Source: Candidatus Latescibacterota bacterium (lineage in GTDB: Bacteria; Latescibacterota; UBA2968; GCA-2709665). From it: a DNA stretch of 64,000 bases. A program made the translations under genes and the position numbers. Positions 1 to 9,702 of this stretch are shown piece by piece (position 1 is the first letter of the stretch; every line of letters starts with the position of its first letter). The stretch spans positions 1,504,001 through 1,568,000 of the forward strand of contig OZ241917.1 in NCBI GenBank assembly GCA_965203805.1, written 5' to 3'. The notes beneath the pieces are model-generated. The model saw only the letters and a program-made list of their open reading frames with translations. It was not told where the DNA came from and ran no database searches.

Positions 1-26
1 TGGCTGAAATCAATCGCCACAATGGT

Positions 27-78
27 CCTGCCTGCAGCGCAGGGGCACTGCGCAGGCAGGCGTATTCGCGCAGGCAGG
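27..78. repeat. CCTGCCTG..CAGGCAGG hairpin element (27-60, 34 bp) plus the right half of a second one (61-78)
   Basis: Reverse complement of 27-60 differs from the element at 39403-39435 by one extra C; 61-78 ends in CG-CAGGCAGG. Confidence 0.85.
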
Positions 79-101
79 CGCAAAACACATGCGGCCGACC
101 A

Positions 102-623
102 TCAAGTCTGGTAGGAATAGACGACACCGGCGTCAGTGAGAACCCCGGATAACTCGGGCACCGACGGAACCCAGATGAGTTGCATGCGCCATCGTCGGAT
201 AATCTCAGGCATCGCATACGATTCCGAGCCGATGGCTTCGACCGGGTGTCTCGAGACATATTCGTTACTGGGAACCTTGAAGAAATGGCGTTCTTCGAAA
301 ACATACACGTTGGCCTCAAACGCCATTATCTGCCCTTTGTCTTCACTGTTTACGAAGATAAAACAGCTCTTGGCCGGATCAGTCTCGTGCCCCAGGGAAT
401 CAAGCTTGTGCCTGGAGCATTCAGAGTTCCTGACTCTTATTCGATGAATCCCGGGAAACAGGTGGATTGATATCTCGTCGAAATCGCCAACATAGAGCAG
501 GCGATCCGGGATATAGCCTGGTTTGGACCTCTTGGTGCTGCTGCTGAAATCCCGGGTCCGGTAGAATCTCGTCGGATGAAACACATTGCTATCCCGTCGA
601 GGCGTCACTTTGTATAAGAGCAA
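102..623 (-). CDS. Hypothetical protein
   Basis: 173-aa ORF, normal composition, co-oriented with neighbours; no family recognised. Confidence 0.65.
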   Translation of the reverse strand: MLLYKVTPRRDSNVFHPTRFYRTRDFSSSTKRSKPGYIPDRLLYVGDFDEISIHLFPGIHRIRVRNSECSRHKLDSLGHETDPAKSCFIFVNSEDKGQIMAFEANVYVFEERHFFKVPSNEYVSRHPVEAIGSESYAMPEIIRRWRMQLIWVPSVPELSGVLTDAGVVYSYQT

Positions 624-789
624 ATTTGCGACTCCTCGCTTGCGAGAGAATCACACCCGGGACGCAATCTCCCATTCGAAGGGAAAAGCCGAATTTATCG
701 CGAATTCGACAGGGCTTCCAGGAGATGAATTCAGAACGCGCGGACGGTAGTGAGATTAGCTCAATATTCAATGGGAACAGCAAAACGAG

Positions 790-1335
790 TTAGTTCAAAA
801 GCACTGTGCCCGGGACCCGGAGAATCTCGCACGCTTCGAACGCGCCTTCCTCGAATCTCAACCTGATCCCTTCACAGTAATTGCACGAAGGCCCCCACCG
901 CTCGTGGTCCGCGTCGGGCAGGCAGCCGACCGCACTGGCTTCGATAACCCCCCCGTGCGAGATGAACAGCGCCTGGCCGCCGTCCGGGAGCGACCTGGCG
1001 ACGTTGAGGTGGAAATCAGCCAGCGTTTTGGCGAAGTTCGCAACGGCGCCGGCCGGATGTTGATGGATATATGTGGAAAATCCGGCGAATCCTACGTCGA
1101 AGGAGATCTCCGCGTCGGACGGCATGGATGCGAGCAGTTCGACCTGGCGGTCGACCGCAAACCCCATGGCGATAGCCGTTTCGAATGCGCGAGGGACCGG
1201 ACTGGTATAGACCCTGTCGAACGCCGGCATTCCCTCCCCGACGCGCCTGGCGAGGGCGACACCGGCCTGCGAGAGATGTTGTCCGGGCTTTGTCCGCATC
1301 GTGTGTCGTCGATGTTCGATGAATCTGGCTGCCAT
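790..1335 (-). CDS. Histidine phosphatase (phosphoglycerate mutase-like) family protein
   Basis: RH motif (HRRHTMR), LSQAG, VYTSPVPRAFETA, ISHGG; start MAARF chosen because copy 2 shares it. Confidence 0.85.
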   Translation of the reverse strand: MAARFIEHRRHTMRTKPGQHLSQAGVALARRVGEGMPAFDRVYTSPVPRAFETAIAMGFAVDRQVELLASMPSDAEISFDVGFAGFSTYIHQHPAGAVANFAKTLADFHLNVARSLPDGGQALFISHGGVIEASAVGCLPDADHERWGPSCNYCEGIRLRFEEGAFEACEILRVPGTVLLN

Positions 1336-2242
1336 TCGCTCATCCATCAATGAATTTATGGCGTTGGCGTCCTCAGCCTGCATTGCGGAAGAACGCCATC
1401 AGGTCCTCGCGCACCCGCCCGCTTCCGTGGACGACACTGTGGGGTTTGTCAGGATACACACGGAATTCGGCGGGTGGGATCTTCGATGCCAGGTCCTTGC
1501 CCCACTCCACGGGCACTTCCCGGTCCCTGGCGCCGTGAACCACAAGGGTTGGCGCATCTATCCGTCCGCATTCGTCAGTCAGGTCCCTTTCAAGGTACGC
1601 GTTAATTGACCGCAACTGAATCCCGTACCATTCGACACGTTCCTGCACGCTGGACTTCGCGACGAGCGCTTTCACTCGTCCTTCGTATTCCGCCAGCGTT
1701 CCCCGCTCTTCCATCTCGTCCCGTTCCCACAGCACATCCAGGGACAACTCGACACCTTCCGGGCGGTTGTTCCACGCGGCGCCAGCGCCGTCCCTATTAA
1801 GGATTTCCATCTGTCTTTTGACAATCCGGGTCACCGGATCGTCATCCGGCCAGAGATGCGCGGCCGTTCCGGCCAGTGCAAGTGTTCTGATCCGCTCCGG
1901 ATAGCGCGCAGCAAACAGAATTGCAATCGGCCCCCCCGCGGAGGAACCGATCAGGTGTGCGTTCTCGATCTGGAGGTAGTCCAGAAGTTTGACTAAGTCG
2001 CGCGTCTGATTCTCGAGATCATAGCCCGAATCCGGGCGCGACGACAGCCAGCAGCCCCGCCGGTCGTACATCACATACCGGAATTCAGACGCGAAGTCCA
2101 TCTCCCACCCCCACGCACCGCTCGCATCCGCGCGGAGATGCATGTCAATCGAAGGAAATCCCCCGTGTACGAACACGATGACATCGCCCTCGCCCCGAAC
2201 GTCGTAGAACATCGTGAAACCGTTTATGGTAGCGTATGGCAT
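1118..2242. repeat. Direct repeat copy 1 (about 1.12 kb; partner 6083-7206)
   Basis: Colinear with scattered substitutions from GACGGCATGG to the hydrolase start codon. Confidence 0.95.
1373..2242 (-). CDS. Alpha/beta hydrolase
   Basis: FVHGG, YDRRGC, nucleophile elbow GSSAGG, TLVVHGARD, C-terminal His. Confidence 0.92.
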   Translation of the reverse strand: MPYATINGFTMFYDVRGEGDVIVFVHGGFPSIDMHLRADASGAWGWEMDFASEFRYVMYDRRGCWLSSRPDSGYDLENQTRDLVKLLDYLQIENAHLIGSSAGGPIAILFAARYPERIRTLALAGTAAHLWPDDDPVTRIVKRQMEILNRDGAGAAWNNRPEGVELSLDVLWERDEMEERGTLAEYEGRVKALVAKSSVQERVEWYGIQLRSINAYLERDLTDECGRIDAPTLVVHGARDREVPVEWGKDLASKIPPAEFRVYPDKPHSVVHGSGRVREDLMAFFRNAG

Positions 2243-2263
2243 CGGCCTATCCTGGTGAGACCT

Positions 2264-2420
2264 CTACGCTCTTCCTGCTTTCAGGCTCTCTATTATCTTA
2301 CGGTCTGTCTCGAATGCCATGTCCGCCGGCGGATGCTCCAGGGGGAACAGCCCGACCTCGGCCGCGTCGTTACCAGCCACATCGTCGCCATATAACAACG
2401 CGAGGGAGCACATCATATAC
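2264..2420 (-). pseudogene. C-terminal remnant of a Nudix hydrolase
   Basis: Manual translation ...VAGNDAAEVGLFPLEHPPADMAFETDRKIIESLKAGRA*; Nudix box absent; 5' boundary approximate. Confidence 0.5.
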
Positions 2421-2498
2421 GCAGGTACGAATCACGTGTCAAGGTCATTTCCCCGAATGCGCCGCCATATTTGCGGCTGCTTTCCGGCTTCCGGTCAC

Positions 2499-2527
2499 TT
2501 GACGAAGCCGGCCGTTTCTCGTATAAT
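2499..2527 (+). promoter_or_regulatory. Sigma70-type promoter
   Basis: TTGACG-17 nt-TATAAT upstream of the lipoprotein gene. Confidence 0.7.
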
Positions 2528-2578
2528 ACCAAACGGATCCCCGTAAGTTCTGTATTCTTCCGGAGACGGCAAGTCGGA

Positions 2579-2817
2579 CTACATCTGCAATGGCGGATAA
2601 CCGCCGCGGCGGATTGGCGTTTCGCCAACACGCCGACGATCCCGCAATACGTCTCCAGCACCGGTGGATGCTCACGCGAGAATCGTGGCGCAGTGAGATT
2701 CCGGTAAACGGGAGGACATTGATGTTCATTATAATGAAGATGAAAACATCCTTTCACTGGATTGTGACGGCGGCGCTTTTTGCCGTGTTCCTGTCCGGTT
2801 GTGGAAAAGAAGACCCC
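2579..2817 (+). repeat. Diverged 239-bp duplicated leader plus signal-peptide segment (partner 4732-4970)
   Basis: Constant offset of 2153; shared blocks GGATGCTCACGCGAGA, TGAGATTCCGGTA, TTTTGCCGTGTTCCTGTCCG. Confidence 0.85.
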
Positions 2818-3987
2818 GTTGCGCCAGAGGAAGAGCACTATGAAGCCGAAGGCCTGGTCCTCATCGACTCCGGCCAGCGGTTCTTCCGTTATTTCCAGGG
2901 CAGGATCGACTCAGGAGACGACCGGGCGGAAATCCTGTCGGTCGCTCACGGCGAAGTGACCAGCAAGTGGAACATCCGCTTCCTGGACAAGGACGGAAAC
3001 GAAATGGCGCCCCCCACCGGCGAGGGCTTCAGTTTCACGTGGGAGATTGCGGACACGTCGATCGTGGAGGTCGTCCAGGACGAGGGGGAAGCGGGCAAAT
3101 TCGTCTTCGCCCTGCGCGGCCTCGAAACTGGCGAAACCACCATCAGGCTTCAGATTTCGCACGAAGGACACGTCGACTTCACCACGGTATCGCTCCCGGT
3201 GTACGTGATAGAAGAGAACTGGTCCCATTTCATAGCGGAAGGGCTTGTCATCATCGAATCCGGCGTTCGATTCTTCCGCTATTTCCAGGGCGAGATCGAC
3301 TCTGGCGAAGGTCGGGTATCGGAACTCACGGCCCCAATTGGCCTGACGCCTCACTGGCGCATCATGTTTCTGGACGAACACGGCGAAGAAAAAGACGCGC
3401 CGGACGATTCGACATTCACGCTCGGCTGGACCATTGCCAACCCCGACGTTCTCGAAGTCGTTCAGGACGAGGGCGACGAAGGTTCATTCGAGTTTCACCT
3501 GCGCGGCTTGCAGGAGGGCGAAACCACGATTGTATTTGAAGTCTGGCACGAAGGGCACATTGACTACCGCACACGACCCATTCCCGTACATGTGGAGTCA
3601 CAGGAGGGCCAGCACGGCGAACCCGTGGGCGTTCGGCTTAAGGAAGAAGACAGCGGCGAGTTGCTTACACAGGCGCCCGTTAAGGGAGAGGGCGAAGCCA
3701 CCGAGGCCCTGACCGTTGCCGTAGGCGACACCACCGACCACGTCGCGACGTTCTTCTTTGACGAAGACGACGTTGAATTCCAGCCGGAAGCGCCCGACCA
3801 CACGCTGGGCATCGCGGTGGCCGACACCTCACTGCTGGCCATCGATCCGCCTGTAGCGCCCGAATACTGGGCGTTCAGGCTTATCGGCAAAAAGGCCGGC
3901 ACGACCACCATAACGCTCTCCATTATCCACGACGGAGAGGCCGAAGACGAATTCGCGCCCATTTCGGTGGCGATCACGGCGCCGTAG
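2722..3987 (+). CDS. Acidic lipoprotein with three repeated beta-rich domains, putative metal-uptake accessory protein
   Basis: GGAGGA RBS, lipobox LSGC, repeats H(Y/F)xAEGLV..RFFRYFQG..GETTI..HEGH(V/I)D; next to a TonB receptor. Confidence 0.85.
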   Translation: MFIIMKMKTSFHWIVTAALFAVFLSGCGKEDPVAPEEEHYEAEGLVLIDSGQRFFRYFQGRIDSGDDRAEILSVAHGEVTSKWNIRFLDKDGNEMAPPTGEGFSFTWEIADTSIVEVVQDEGEAGKFVFALRGLETGETTIRLQISHEGHVDFTTVSLPVYVIEENWSHFIAEGLVIIESGVRFFRYFQGEIDSGEGRVSELTAPIGLTPHWRIMFLDEHGEEKDAPDDSTFTLGWTIANPDVLEVVQDEGDEGSFEFHLRGLQEGETTIVFEVWHEGHIDYRTRPIPVHVESQEGQHGEPVGVRLKEEDSGELLTQAPVKGEGEATEALTVAVGDTTDHVATFFFDEDDVEFQPEAPDHTLGIAVADTSLLAIDPPVAPEYWAFRLIGKKAGTTTITLSIIHDGEAEDEFAPISVAITAP

Positions 3988-3997
3988 CGGAAAGCGC

Positions 3998-4026
3998 GGC
4001 GGGAGGGTTGTTCTCGCCCTCCCGCC
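3998..4026 (+). terminator. Hairpin after the lipoprotein gene
   Basis: 10-bp stem GGCGGGAGGG/CCCTCCCGCC, no U-tract. Confidence 0.4.
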
Positions 4027-4293
4027 ATCTGCAACGCGGAAGCACATTGCTGTTGACTGACTTGCACAGGATAGAGCTTCCGCCCGGACTGTCCGCCTGA
4101 TCCCAAAGGCTGGCAGGGCGACCTAACAATTCAAATCCGTCTGGCCCAGCAAGTCCGGGCTCCGGTACGGCATCAACAGAGCCCATGCCGGTACGATGTC
4201 CTTTGGCACGAAAGTGACGGGTTCGGAAGTTGCGTTTCCAGTAAAATCGTGGCTGTATCCAGGTTTGTTTTGCGCTCATCTGGAGACCGCAGG

Positions 4294-4569
4294 ATGCTTT
4301 TTCCCTCCGGACGGATTCATCCGATTGTTCTTTTCGTGCAGGCGATATTCGCGGCCTACCTGGCGATATTTCTGCTTGCCGCCTTCCCCGAACACGATCA
4401 CGATCAACAATGTACTGTCTGCGCCTAGTTCAACAGCCTGAGCATCAGTCTGCCGGCAGTACTGGCGTTGCAACTCTGCTTTTTGTATTTAAGGCAGAGT
4501 TCTTCTTCGTTCCGCTCCCTGCGTTCTTCCCTCCTTCTGCCACAAGGACGCGCGCCTCGTGTGTCCTGA
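4294..4569 (+). pseudogene. DUF2946/CruR-like upstream ORF with internal stop
   Basis: Manual translation: hydrophobic segment, EHDHDQQCTVCA*, C-terminal QGRAPR; TAG at 4426-4428; lies upstream of a TonB receptor. Confidence 0.7.
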
Positions 4570-4874
4570 TCCATCCTCACGTGTCTTCAAGACACATCCT
4601 CAGTACTTCTAATTGATCGTTCCAGATCAGCCCGGGATCGAGTCCGCGTATTCAGAAATGTGACCAGATTGTGCACGTCGGTACGTTCTCCGGGCCGCGT
4701 ATCACGCATTCCTGCCCCTCTCCGGGTCAGGCTACATCCGCAAAGGCGGCTTACCGGCCCGGCCATCTGGCATTTGGCCGGCATTCCGGCAAATTCGCAG
4801 TTCGTCCAACGCGTCGGCGGATGCTCACGCGAGATTCGGGGCGAATTGAGATTCCGGTACACAGGAGAACACAA

Positions 4875-6090
4875 ATGTTCAGCACGTTAAAAAGAAAAAC
4901 AACCAGTCAACGGATCGGAGCAACGGCGAATTTTGCCGTGTTCCTGTCCGTTCGTGGAAAGGAAGACCCCAACCCGGACGACGGATCCAGCCGCCGTTCC
5001 GCCATCCGGTTGCCCATTATCCTTACGGCGCTCGCATTGCTGCCTCTGGGCCTTCTGGCGGGTATCGGCTCGGCAAATCAGGCCGTGTTGATCGAAGGGT
5101 ATGTCTTCGACGGCGAGACCGGGCTGCCCATCGGGAACGTAAACGTCCAGCCCGAAGATCACGCCGTGGGCGCGTCTACGGACGAAAGAGGCCGGTTCGT
5201 GCTTCACCTGTCACCGGGTGTTCATCGGCTGTCACTTACCCACGTCGGCTATCAGGAAACCCGCCACGAACTGAACCTCTCAGGTGCGAACCATCCCGTT
5301 GTCTATCTGGAACTGGCGCGGCTCGACCTCAAGCTGGACCCCATCGACGTTGTGGCCGAACGCGCTGAAACCTGATTTGAAGAGCTGCATGAGGCCACCC
5401 GGGTGCTTTCGGGCGACGAACTCAGGAAGAAATACAGCATCACGTTGGCCGAGACCATGAAGAACGAACTCGGCGTTGCCATCCGCAGCATGGGTCCGGC
5501 GCCGGCCCGCCCCGTCATCCGCGGGCTCAGCGGCGACCGTGTACAGATCAACGTCGACGGCATTCAGTCTCAGGATCTTTCCGCAACGTCGGCTGATCAT
5601 GCGGTAACCGTCGAGACTTCAACGCGGAACGCCTGGAAATCATCCGCGGACCCCGCACGCTGCTGCACACGTCCACTGCCGACGGCGGCGTCATCAACGT
5701 CGTCAAGCACAAGATTCCCGAAATACGACCGGGGCGCTTCATCGGGAGCGTCGGCGCCTACGGGGAAACAGCGAACCGGGGATATTTCTCGTCCGCCGCC
5801 CTCACCGCCCCCGTTGGGCCGCTCGCGATACACGGTGAGTCCACCTACCGGGATACCCGCGACATCCGGACCCCGGTCGGCCGGCTTGCCAACACGCCCA
5901 TCAACACCCGCACATATGCCCTCGGCACGTCCTACACGGGCGACCGGGGATACGTCGGCGGCTCCTTCGATCAATTCGAGACTCAGTACGGCATTCCCGG
6001 TGGATTCATCGGCGCGCATCCCAACGGCGCGGACCTCGATATCATACGCCGGGTCTTCGAAGGGCAGGCTGTCTATCGGTTCGACGGCAT
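4875..6090 (+). pseudogene. TonB-dependent receptor (ZnuD-like), N-terminal part only
   Basis: CarboxypepD_reg-like domain, plug motif GPAPARPVIRGLSGDRV..SADHAV; in-frame TGA 5373-5375, frameshift near 5618, truncated at about 6083. Confidence 0.88.
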
Positions 6091-6300
6091 GGATGCGAGC
6101 AGTTCGACCTGACGGTCGACCGCAAACCCCATGGCGATAGCTGTTTCGAATGCGCGAGGGACCGGACTGGTATAGACCCTGTCGAACGCCGGCATTCCCT
6201 CCCCGACGCGCCTGGCGAGGGCGACACCGGCCTGCGAGAGATGTTGTCCGGGCTTTGTCCGCATCGTGTGCCTTCGATGTTCGATGAATCTGGCAGCCAT
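6073..6300 (-). pseudogene. 3'-truncated second copy of the histidine phosphatase
   Basis: Matches copy 1 up to LLASMPS, then runs into TonB sequence. Confidence 0.9.
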
Positions 6301-7206
6301 TCGTTCATCCCTAAGCGGGTTTTGTGGTTGGCGTCGTCAGCCTGCATTGCGGAAAAACGCCATCAGGTCCTCGCGCACCCGCCCGCTTCCGTGGACGACG
6401 CTGTGGGGTCTGTCAGGATACACACGGAATTCGGCGCATGGGATCTTCGATGCCAGGTCCTTGCCCCACTCCACGGGCACTTCCCGGTCCCTGGCGCCGT
6501 GGACCACAAGGGTTGGCGCATCTATCCGTCCGCATTCGTCAGTCAGGTCCCTTTCAAGGTACGCGTCAATTGACCGCAACTGAATCCCGTACCATACCGC
6601 GCGCTCCTGAACGCTGGATTTCGCCACAAGCGCTTTCACTCGCTCTTCGTATTCCGCCAGCGTTCCCCGCTCTTCCATCTCGTCCCGTTCCCACAGCACA
6701 TCCAGGGACAACTCGACACCTTCCGGGCGGTTGTTCCACGCGGCGCCAGCGCCGTCCCTATTAAGGATTTCCAACTGTCTTTTGACAATCCGGGTCACCG
6801 GATCGTCATCCGGCCAGAGATGCGCGGCCATACCTGCCAGTGCAAGTGTTCTGACCCGCTCCGGATAGCGCACAGCAGACAGAATTGCAATCGGACCCCC
6901 TGCGGAAGACCCGATCACGTGCGCCTTTTCCACCGAAAGGTGGTCCAGCAATGCGACCAGGTCGCGCACCTGATTGTCCAAATCATAGCCCGACTCCGGG
7001 CGCGAAGACAGCCAGCAGCCTCGCCGGTCGTACATCACATACCGGAATTCAGACGCGAAGTCCATCTCCCACCCCCAAGCACCGCTCGAATCGGCGCGGA
7101 GATGCATATCGAGCGAAGGAAATCCTCCGTGTACGAACACGATGACATCGCCCTCGCCGCGCACGTCGTAAAACATACGAAAGCCGTTAATAGATGCATA
7201 TGGCAT
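6083..7206. repeat. Direct repeat copy 2 (partner 1118-2242)
   Basis: Colinear with 1118-2242. Confidence 0.95.
6337..7206 (-). CDS. Alpha/beta hydrolase, second copy
   Basis: 289 aa, close paralogue of 1373-2242. Confidence 0.92.
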   Translation of the reverse strand: MPYASINGFRMFYDVRGEGDVIVFVHGGFPSLDMHLRADSSGAWGWEMDFASEFRYVMYDRRGCWLSSRPESGYDLDNQVRDLVALLDHLSVEKAHVIGSSAGGPIAILSAVRYPERVRTLALAGMAAHLWPDDDPVTRIVKRQLEILNRDGAGAAWNNRPEGVELSLDVLWERDEMEERGTLAEYEERVKALVAKSSVQERAVWYGIQLRSIDAYLERDLTDECGRIDAPTLVVHGARDREVPVEWGKDLASKIPCAEFRVYPDRPHSVVHGSGRVREDLMAFFRNAG

Positions 7207-8974
7207 GATTACATCTCAGCCTGCCTTGCAAAGCTGACTCTCGTATAACGGGGTTGGCGATACCACAACGAGAGCGGGAGGTGCGCGACAGGGCTACGAC
7301 CGAACGAGCGGAGCCGGTGCACGCCGTTTTGTCAGAAGTTTCTCAGGATGGCACAGCCGACATTTTTTGGCGACGGCGCAGGAAGCGCTGTCACCTTGAT
7401 TGTCCTCTCACCAATAACGAGAATCTACCCGATTTGTACACCCGCCGTCAATTAAATACGCGACTGGCATAGAGTGCGGAAAAGAGATGCTGCAATTGGA
7501 ATCCAGTAAACGGAGATTGGGATATCCGACGGATTAGCTACTTCTGGCTCTCGATCCGCGATCAAAAATGGACGAATTCACAACGGGAAGTTTTACTCTC
7601 GATTACCTTTGGACTTTCTTGGAGGACGCTGCAGATTGTTCGGCTCTACGCGTTCGATTATCGGATCTTGGCTTGTGGTTCGGTTAGCGTCACGATCCCT
7701 CTTGTGCCGTCCACCTCAACTTGGCAACCGTCGACGAACATCTCTAAAATCGAAGGGACGACGTTTACTACAGGCACGCCGCACTCCCGTGCAATCTGGC
7801 TGATATGATTCATCCACATATCCGGGGCGTCCGGTACGATGAGGCCACGCACCCGCAGCAGCACAGAGAACAGAAGCGGCACATGCCAGTTGGTCGATTG
7901 GATCGGCTTCACGAGAACCACCACGTCCCCACTACCAGCGACGTCGTCTCCTTCTTCCAGTGTCTCGATTCGGCGTACGATACCCGTGGTGCGGCCTGGA
8001 CCTGCAGGGCGTCCTCTTATCGCGCTCCCAGCATCTTTTTCGGCTGCATCTGCGTCGGCAGCAACGCGGGTTTTCGGCGAGGATTCTTCCTCCGGTGGCC
8101 TTCCAATGAAGGCCGGCGCAACAAGGCGGTTGGAGTGTTCGTATTCAAGACGCCGTTTCTGCAACAGCCGTCGTCCTGTCGCGATGTCGCCTGTCGCGCC
8201 CATAACTTTCAAATCGTCCACGGTGAAGTACAAGACGTCGTCTATGTCATCGATCAGGCCGGCAGCCAGCAGCACGCCCTGCAAGCTTCGGAAGAGACGC
8301 TTTAACCTCCTGGTCGGAACGTCCGACCGGAGAACACGATGATTCAAAGCCGGTCCCCAGAAAAGAGCCCAGTCGTGAAGCCGCTCAAAACGCGCCAATT
8401 CGGTACGTTGCGAAGCCAAAGTCTCGCGGACCACGGTCACAACTAGCTCGCGCCGCCGGGTTGTCTGTCCTAAAATCCGGCCCACGGATGGGGCTCCTTT
8501 GATTGCATTTCGAACAAGCCTCAGGATATCACACGTGGGGTCGCGGAGAATTTCACAAGGAAACCCGAACTTCCACGGCGGCACCAGGCAAAAGCGCTCG
8601 CAGAAGTCTTCAAGTGCGGCAGCAAACGGGACTTGCATCTCTTTTTTTTGCATGGCACCGATAAACTCGTCCATACTTAGACTCTCGAATCGCTCGCGTT
8701 CTGATTCAAGGAAGCTCTGATTAAGTTACCTATTGGCACGCCATGCAGAAAGTCGTAGAATTGGAGCGTGAGCCGTCGTGTTGTGATTTCTGATGGATCG
8801 ACATAGAACGAGGGGCCCAGGGATGAAACAAATGAGTTTTTCGGATCTGGCGTACAGGACGAAGAAGAAGCAGACGCGCAGGGAACGTTTTCTGAAAGAG
8901 ATGGATGCGGTGTTGCCGTGGGAGATACTGCTTAAATCGATTGAGAGGAAGTATCCGAAACCTGGCAACGGTCG

Positions 8975-9001
8975 CCTGCCTGCCGAGTCGGCGCAGGCAG
9001 G
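8975..9001. repeat. Hairpin element, 27 bp, in frame
   Basis: CCTGCCTGCCGAGTCGGCGCAGGCAGG; removal restores GNGRRP. Confidence 0.92.
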
Positions 9002-9111
9002 TCGTCCGATCGGTGCGGAGGTGATGCTGCGTATCTACTTTATGCAACAATGGTATGGATTGAGCGATCCGGGAATGGAAGACAGTCTCTACGACGTGGA
9101 GTCGATGCGTC

Positions 9112-9130
9112 CCTGCCTGCTGCAGGCAGG
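9112..9130. repeat. Hairpin element, 19 bp, frameshifting
   Basis: CCTGCCTGCTGCAGGCAGG; removal restores ESMRRFAGV. Confidence 0.92.
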
Positions 9131-9666
9131 GCTTTGCGGGTGTGAACATCAACGGCGTACCTGATGAGACGACGATCTGCAAATTCCGTCACTTTCTGGA
9201 GCACCATGGGTTGACGGAAGCGTTGTTTCGGCAAACGAAGCGCTACTTGTCCAGGCGGGGATTGATCGTGAACGAAGGCACGATCGTGGATGCCACGATC
9301 ATTCACGCGCCTTCTTCGACGAAGAACAAGGATCGGAAACGGGATCCTGAAATGGCCAGCACGAAGAAGGGCAACACGTGGCATTTCGGCATGAAGGCGC
9401 ACGTGGGCGCGGATGTGAAGGGACGGGTGCACAGTGTGGTGACCACCCCCGCTTCGGTGCATGATTCGCAGGCGATGGATGCCTGTCTGCACGGAAAAGA
9501 AAAGACCATCTACGGCGACAAGGCCTATGCGGATCAGACGCGAAAAGAACGGGCCGAAGCCAACGACGTGGAATGGCGAGTGCTTCGCAAGGCCCGCCGG
9601 GGCAAGCGGCTCAACTGCGCGGATGTTTCGTTCAACAAGAAGAGCAATCGCACGCGCGCACGGGTC

Positions 9667-9702
9667 CCTGCCTGTGCGTGCTGTCTCACGCACGCAGACA
9701 GG
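9667..9702. repeat. Hairpin element, 36 bp, in frame
   Basis: CCTGCCTGTGCGTGCTGTCTCACGCACGCAGACAGG; removal restores RARVEHPF. Confidence 0.92.

Noticed and set aside
2530-2720. Cobalamin or other named riboswitch
   Set aside because: No diagnostic motifs recognisable by eye; kept only as an unexplained duplicated leader.
8971-9004. 4-bp TSD (GTCG) around the first hairpin
   Set aside because: It overlaps the element's terminal G, TSD-free removal gives the canonical GRRP, and no other copy shows a TSD.
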